A stretch of DNA of 37,883 nucleotides from Pelagibacteraceae bacterium (GTDB taxonomy: Bacteria; Pseudomonadota; Alphaproteobacteria; GCA-002720895). A model generated the notes under the pieces. The model was not told the DNA's origin. It was given only the letters and a program-made list of their open reading frames with translations, and did not search any database. Of the stretch, positions 37,747 to 37,883 are shown piece by piece. The DNA lies in the NCBI GenBank assembly GCA_002720895.1, contig PBIP01000015.1:1-37883 (forward strand), in the 5' to 3' direction. Made by a program: the position numbers and the translations under genes. How positions within the stretch are numbered: position 1 is the first letter of the stretch; each line of letters starts with the position of its first letter.

Positions 37747-37883
37747 TTAGATTAATTTTTTTTGTCTTTTCCATTCTTTTTCTTTTTTTATTTGTCTTTT
37801 ATCATATTTTTTCTTTCCCTCACCAATAGCTATTAATAGCTTGGCATAGCCTTTAGAAGAAAAATAAATTCTTAAAGGAACTA
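37747..37883 (-). CDS. smpB: SsrA-binding protein SmpB, 3' end (partial)
   Basis: Hand translation of the minus strand gives VPLRIYFSSKGYAKLLIAIGEGKKKYDKRQIKKEKEWKRQKKLI*, which carries the GKK..DKR tail signature. Not in the ORF track. Confidence 0.92.
   Translation of the reverse strand, partial: VPLRIYFSSKGYAKLLIAIGEGKKKYDKRQIKKEKEWKRQKKLI

Noticed and set aside
1-37883. Mobile elements, prophage, CRISPR, toxin-antitoxin or defence loci
   Set aside because: No transposase, integrase, phage, cas or repeat-spacer pattern seen; nearly all bases are explained by core genes.

Overview
Very AT-rich, extremely compact core-chromosome segment. Gene content and order (bamE/cbp3-plsX-fabH-ihfA-MerR; rpiB-glyA-rib-nusB-thiL-hppA; smpB-folK-rpoZ-spoT-pdxJ-acpS-lepB-rnc-recO) point to a genome-streamlined alphaproteobacterium, probably a marine one (inference). 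It holds about 40 mostly minus-strand housekeeping CDS and one tRNA-Glu(UUC). Both ends are partial genes: a GMC-oxidoreductase-like gene at the left and smpB at the right, which the ORF track missed. I see no CRISPR array, prophage, IS or defence system, and no clearly new multi-gene system. The most notable oddities are: (1) a lumazine synthase (RibH) with a ~35-aa insertion and altered active-site residues, next to a RibBX-type fusion; (2) a bioF-bioD-bioA block with no bioB, overlapping an Ala/Gly symporter gene and preceded by a 13-bp inverted repeat; (3) two single-base frameshifts inside poly-A tracts, one in ribD; (4) era and nrdR missing from their usual operon slots, together with near absence of Shine-Dalgarno motifs; (5) a divergent uL13. 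All protein calls come from recognising motifs by eye; no database searches were run.
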